From contig CAVUKA010000001.1 of NCBI GenBank assembly GCA_963741945.1, forward strand, positions 416,001 through 480,000: 64,000 bases of DNA, written 5' to 3'. Each line of letters opens with the position of its first letter. Position 1 is the first letter of the stretch. Shown one piece after another: positions 62,747 to 64,000 of this stretch. The notes beneath the pieces were generated by a model. The model saw only the letters and a program-made list of their open reading frames with translations. It was not told the DNA's origin and made no database searches. This DNA comes from an uncultured Gemmatimonadales bacterium. GTDB taxonomy: Bacteria > Gemmatimonadota > Gemmatimonadetes > Longimicrobiales > RSA9. The translations under genes were made by a program, and so were the position numbers.

Positions 62747-63601
62747 TCAGCCCTTCCTCCTGGTCATGTCCTCCAGCTCCGTGAACGACGGCCGGTCGTC
62801 CGGCTCGATGTTGCGGCGCGCGAACTCCACGGAGGTGATGGGCGGATCGCCGCGCGAGAAGCTCAGGAGTGCGGTGCGGATCACCCCCATGTACGACTCC
62901 TCCGCGCGCACCCGCGCGGCCATGGCAGTGGCCAGCGGCTGGAAAATGCCGTAGGCGAGCAGGATCCCGAGGAACGTGCCGACGAGCGCCGCGGCCACGC
63001 TGTGCCCCACTTCCGCGGCGGCGCCGCCGATCTTCCCCATGGTGACAATGACGCCGAGGACGGCGGCGACAATGCCGAAGCCGGGCATGGAGTCGCCGAG
63101 GTTCGCCAGGGCATCCGAGGGCCGGAGCGCCGCCTCGTGCTGCCGCTCGAGGTCCAGGTCCAGGATCTCCGCCAGGTGGTGGTCCGCCACGGCGCCGGTG
63201 AGGAGCACCTTCATGGTGTCGGAGAGGAAGCCGATGGCGTGCTGGTGGGCCTGCAGCGTGGGATACTTGGAAAACAGCTCGCTCGCGGACGGATCCTCGA
63301 TGTGCTGCTCGATCCCCACCAGGCCGTCGCGCTTGGCCGCGTAGAACAGGTCGTAGAGGACCCGCAGCAGTTCGGAGTACGCCTCGCGCGTGTAGGGGCT
63401 CGGCTTGAGCAGACCCAGCGTCTCCTTGAAGATCCGCACCAGGCCGGCCGGCCCGTTGCCCACGAGCAGCGCACCAACGCCGGCGCCGCCGATGATGATG
63501 AGCTCGGCGACCTGGACCAGGACGGCAATGCGCCCGCCCTCGAGGGTGAAACCCACCACAATGCTGCCGAAGACGACAGCGAACCCGATGATGATGAACA
63601 A
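62747..63601 (-). CDS. motA: Flagellar stator protein MotA
   Basis: ELIIIGGA, PGFGIVAAVLGV, AALVGTFLGILLAYG, VEFAR; TTG start. Confidence 0.96.
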   Translation of the reverse strand: MFIIIGFAVVFGSIVVGFTLEGGRIAVLVQVAELIIIGGAGVGALLVGNGPAGLVRIFKETLGLLKPSPYTREAYSELLRVLYDLFYAAKRDGLVGIEQHIEDPSASELFSKYPTLQAHQHAIGFLSDTMKVLLTGAVADHHLAEILDLDLERQHEAALRPSDALANLGDSMPGFGIVAAVLGVIVTMGKIGGAAAEVGHSVAAALVGTFLGILLAYGIFQPLATAMAARVRAEESYMGVIRTALLSFSRGDPPITSVEFARRNIEPDDRPSFTELEDMTRRKG

Positions 63602-63645
63602 AGGCGCGCCCGGTTAAGCGACGTTTCCGTGCTACCCGTCGGGCA

Positions 63646-63672
63646 TTATCGGCGATGGGACCCGGAACCTTA
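63646..63672 (-). promoter_or_regulatory. sigma28 promoter (motAB)
   Basis: TAAG-N15-GCCGATAA. Confidence 0.8.
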
Positions 63673-63689
63673 GCGGGCGGACGGAGGAC

Positions 63690-63920
63690 TCAGCCCTGCT
63701 TCAGCGGCAGGCGGGCGGCCCAGGCGCGGGCGGTGTCGCCATCGGTGGCGCGCCGGTTCTCCTCGGCCACTTCGAGCACGATCTCCTCCCGCACGATGCC
63801 CACGTGGTCGGGCGCCTCGATACCGAGACGCACCGTCCCGCGGTCGCTGGCCAGGACCACCACGCGGATGCCGCCATCGATGAGGATGGCATCGCCGGGG
63901 CGGCGGGAGAGGATCAGCAC
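63690..63920 (-). CDS. csrA: Carbon storage regulator CsrA
   Basis: MLILSRRPGDAILI..VRLGIEAP..V.I.REE. Confidence 0.95.
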   Translation of the reverse strand: MLILSRRPGDAILIDGGIRVVVLASDRGTVRLGIEAPDHVGIVREEIVLEVAEENRRATDGDTARAWAARLPLKQG

Positions 63921-63923
63921 GCG

Positions 63924-64000
63924 TCAGGCCATGTTCAGGAGGGTCTGCAGCATCTCGTCCACCCGGGACACCACGCGCGCGGCGGCACCGTAGGCCGCCT
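63924..64000 (-). CDS. flgK: C-terminus of flagellar hook-associated protein FlgK (partial)
   Basis: Manual translation AAYGAAARVVSRVDEMLQTLLNMA-stop fits the FlgK C-terminal pattern; only 24 codons visible. Confidence 0.7.
   Translation of the reverse strand, partial: AAYGAAARVVSRVDEMLQTLLNMA

Overview
A GC-rich bacterial chromosome segment, probably Gemmatimonadota (Longimicrobiales-like; inferred from gene content and order, not from a search). Left to right: (1) a minus-strand dcw cluster (mraZ-rsmH-ftsL-ftsI-murE-murF-mraY-murD-ftsW-murG-murC-ftsQ-ftsA-ftsZ, then a truncated M23 peptidase), with MraZ boxes over its sigma70 promoter. (2) A lipid kinase and a secreted TPR protein. (3) A stress/accessory stretch: SRAP, two small membrane proteins behind twin divergent ECF-type promoters, Zn-ADH, msrPQ, an L,D-transpeptidase, and an apparent operon aceB-aceA-Zn-finger-ku-ku ending at tRNA-Val(TAC). 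(4) An ANTAR response regulator, and a yggS-divIVA-ileS-dksA-like-lspA-rluD run that continues into three Roadblock/MglB-like genes, a CheW-like gene and a membrane-anchored zincin peptidase. (5) exbB-exbD-exbD-tonB. (6) GDPD-tilS-hpt-ftsH-folP-cdaA. (7) A late flagellar cluster (flgK end, csrA, motAB, degenerate EAL-HDOD, fliC, giant fliD, fliS, fliT-like, flgM, cheY, cheZ-like) with five sigma28 promoters, interrupted by an inverted AAA-ATPase gene and a small inverted-repeat element. The best candidates for undescribed systems are the GTPase-less triple-Roadblock/CheW/peptidase module linked to divIVA, the glyoxylate-shunt plus tandem-Ku operon, and the twin ECF promoter locus. No CRISPR array, rRNA, transposase or integrase was seen. 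Start codons were chosen by eye and are estimates.
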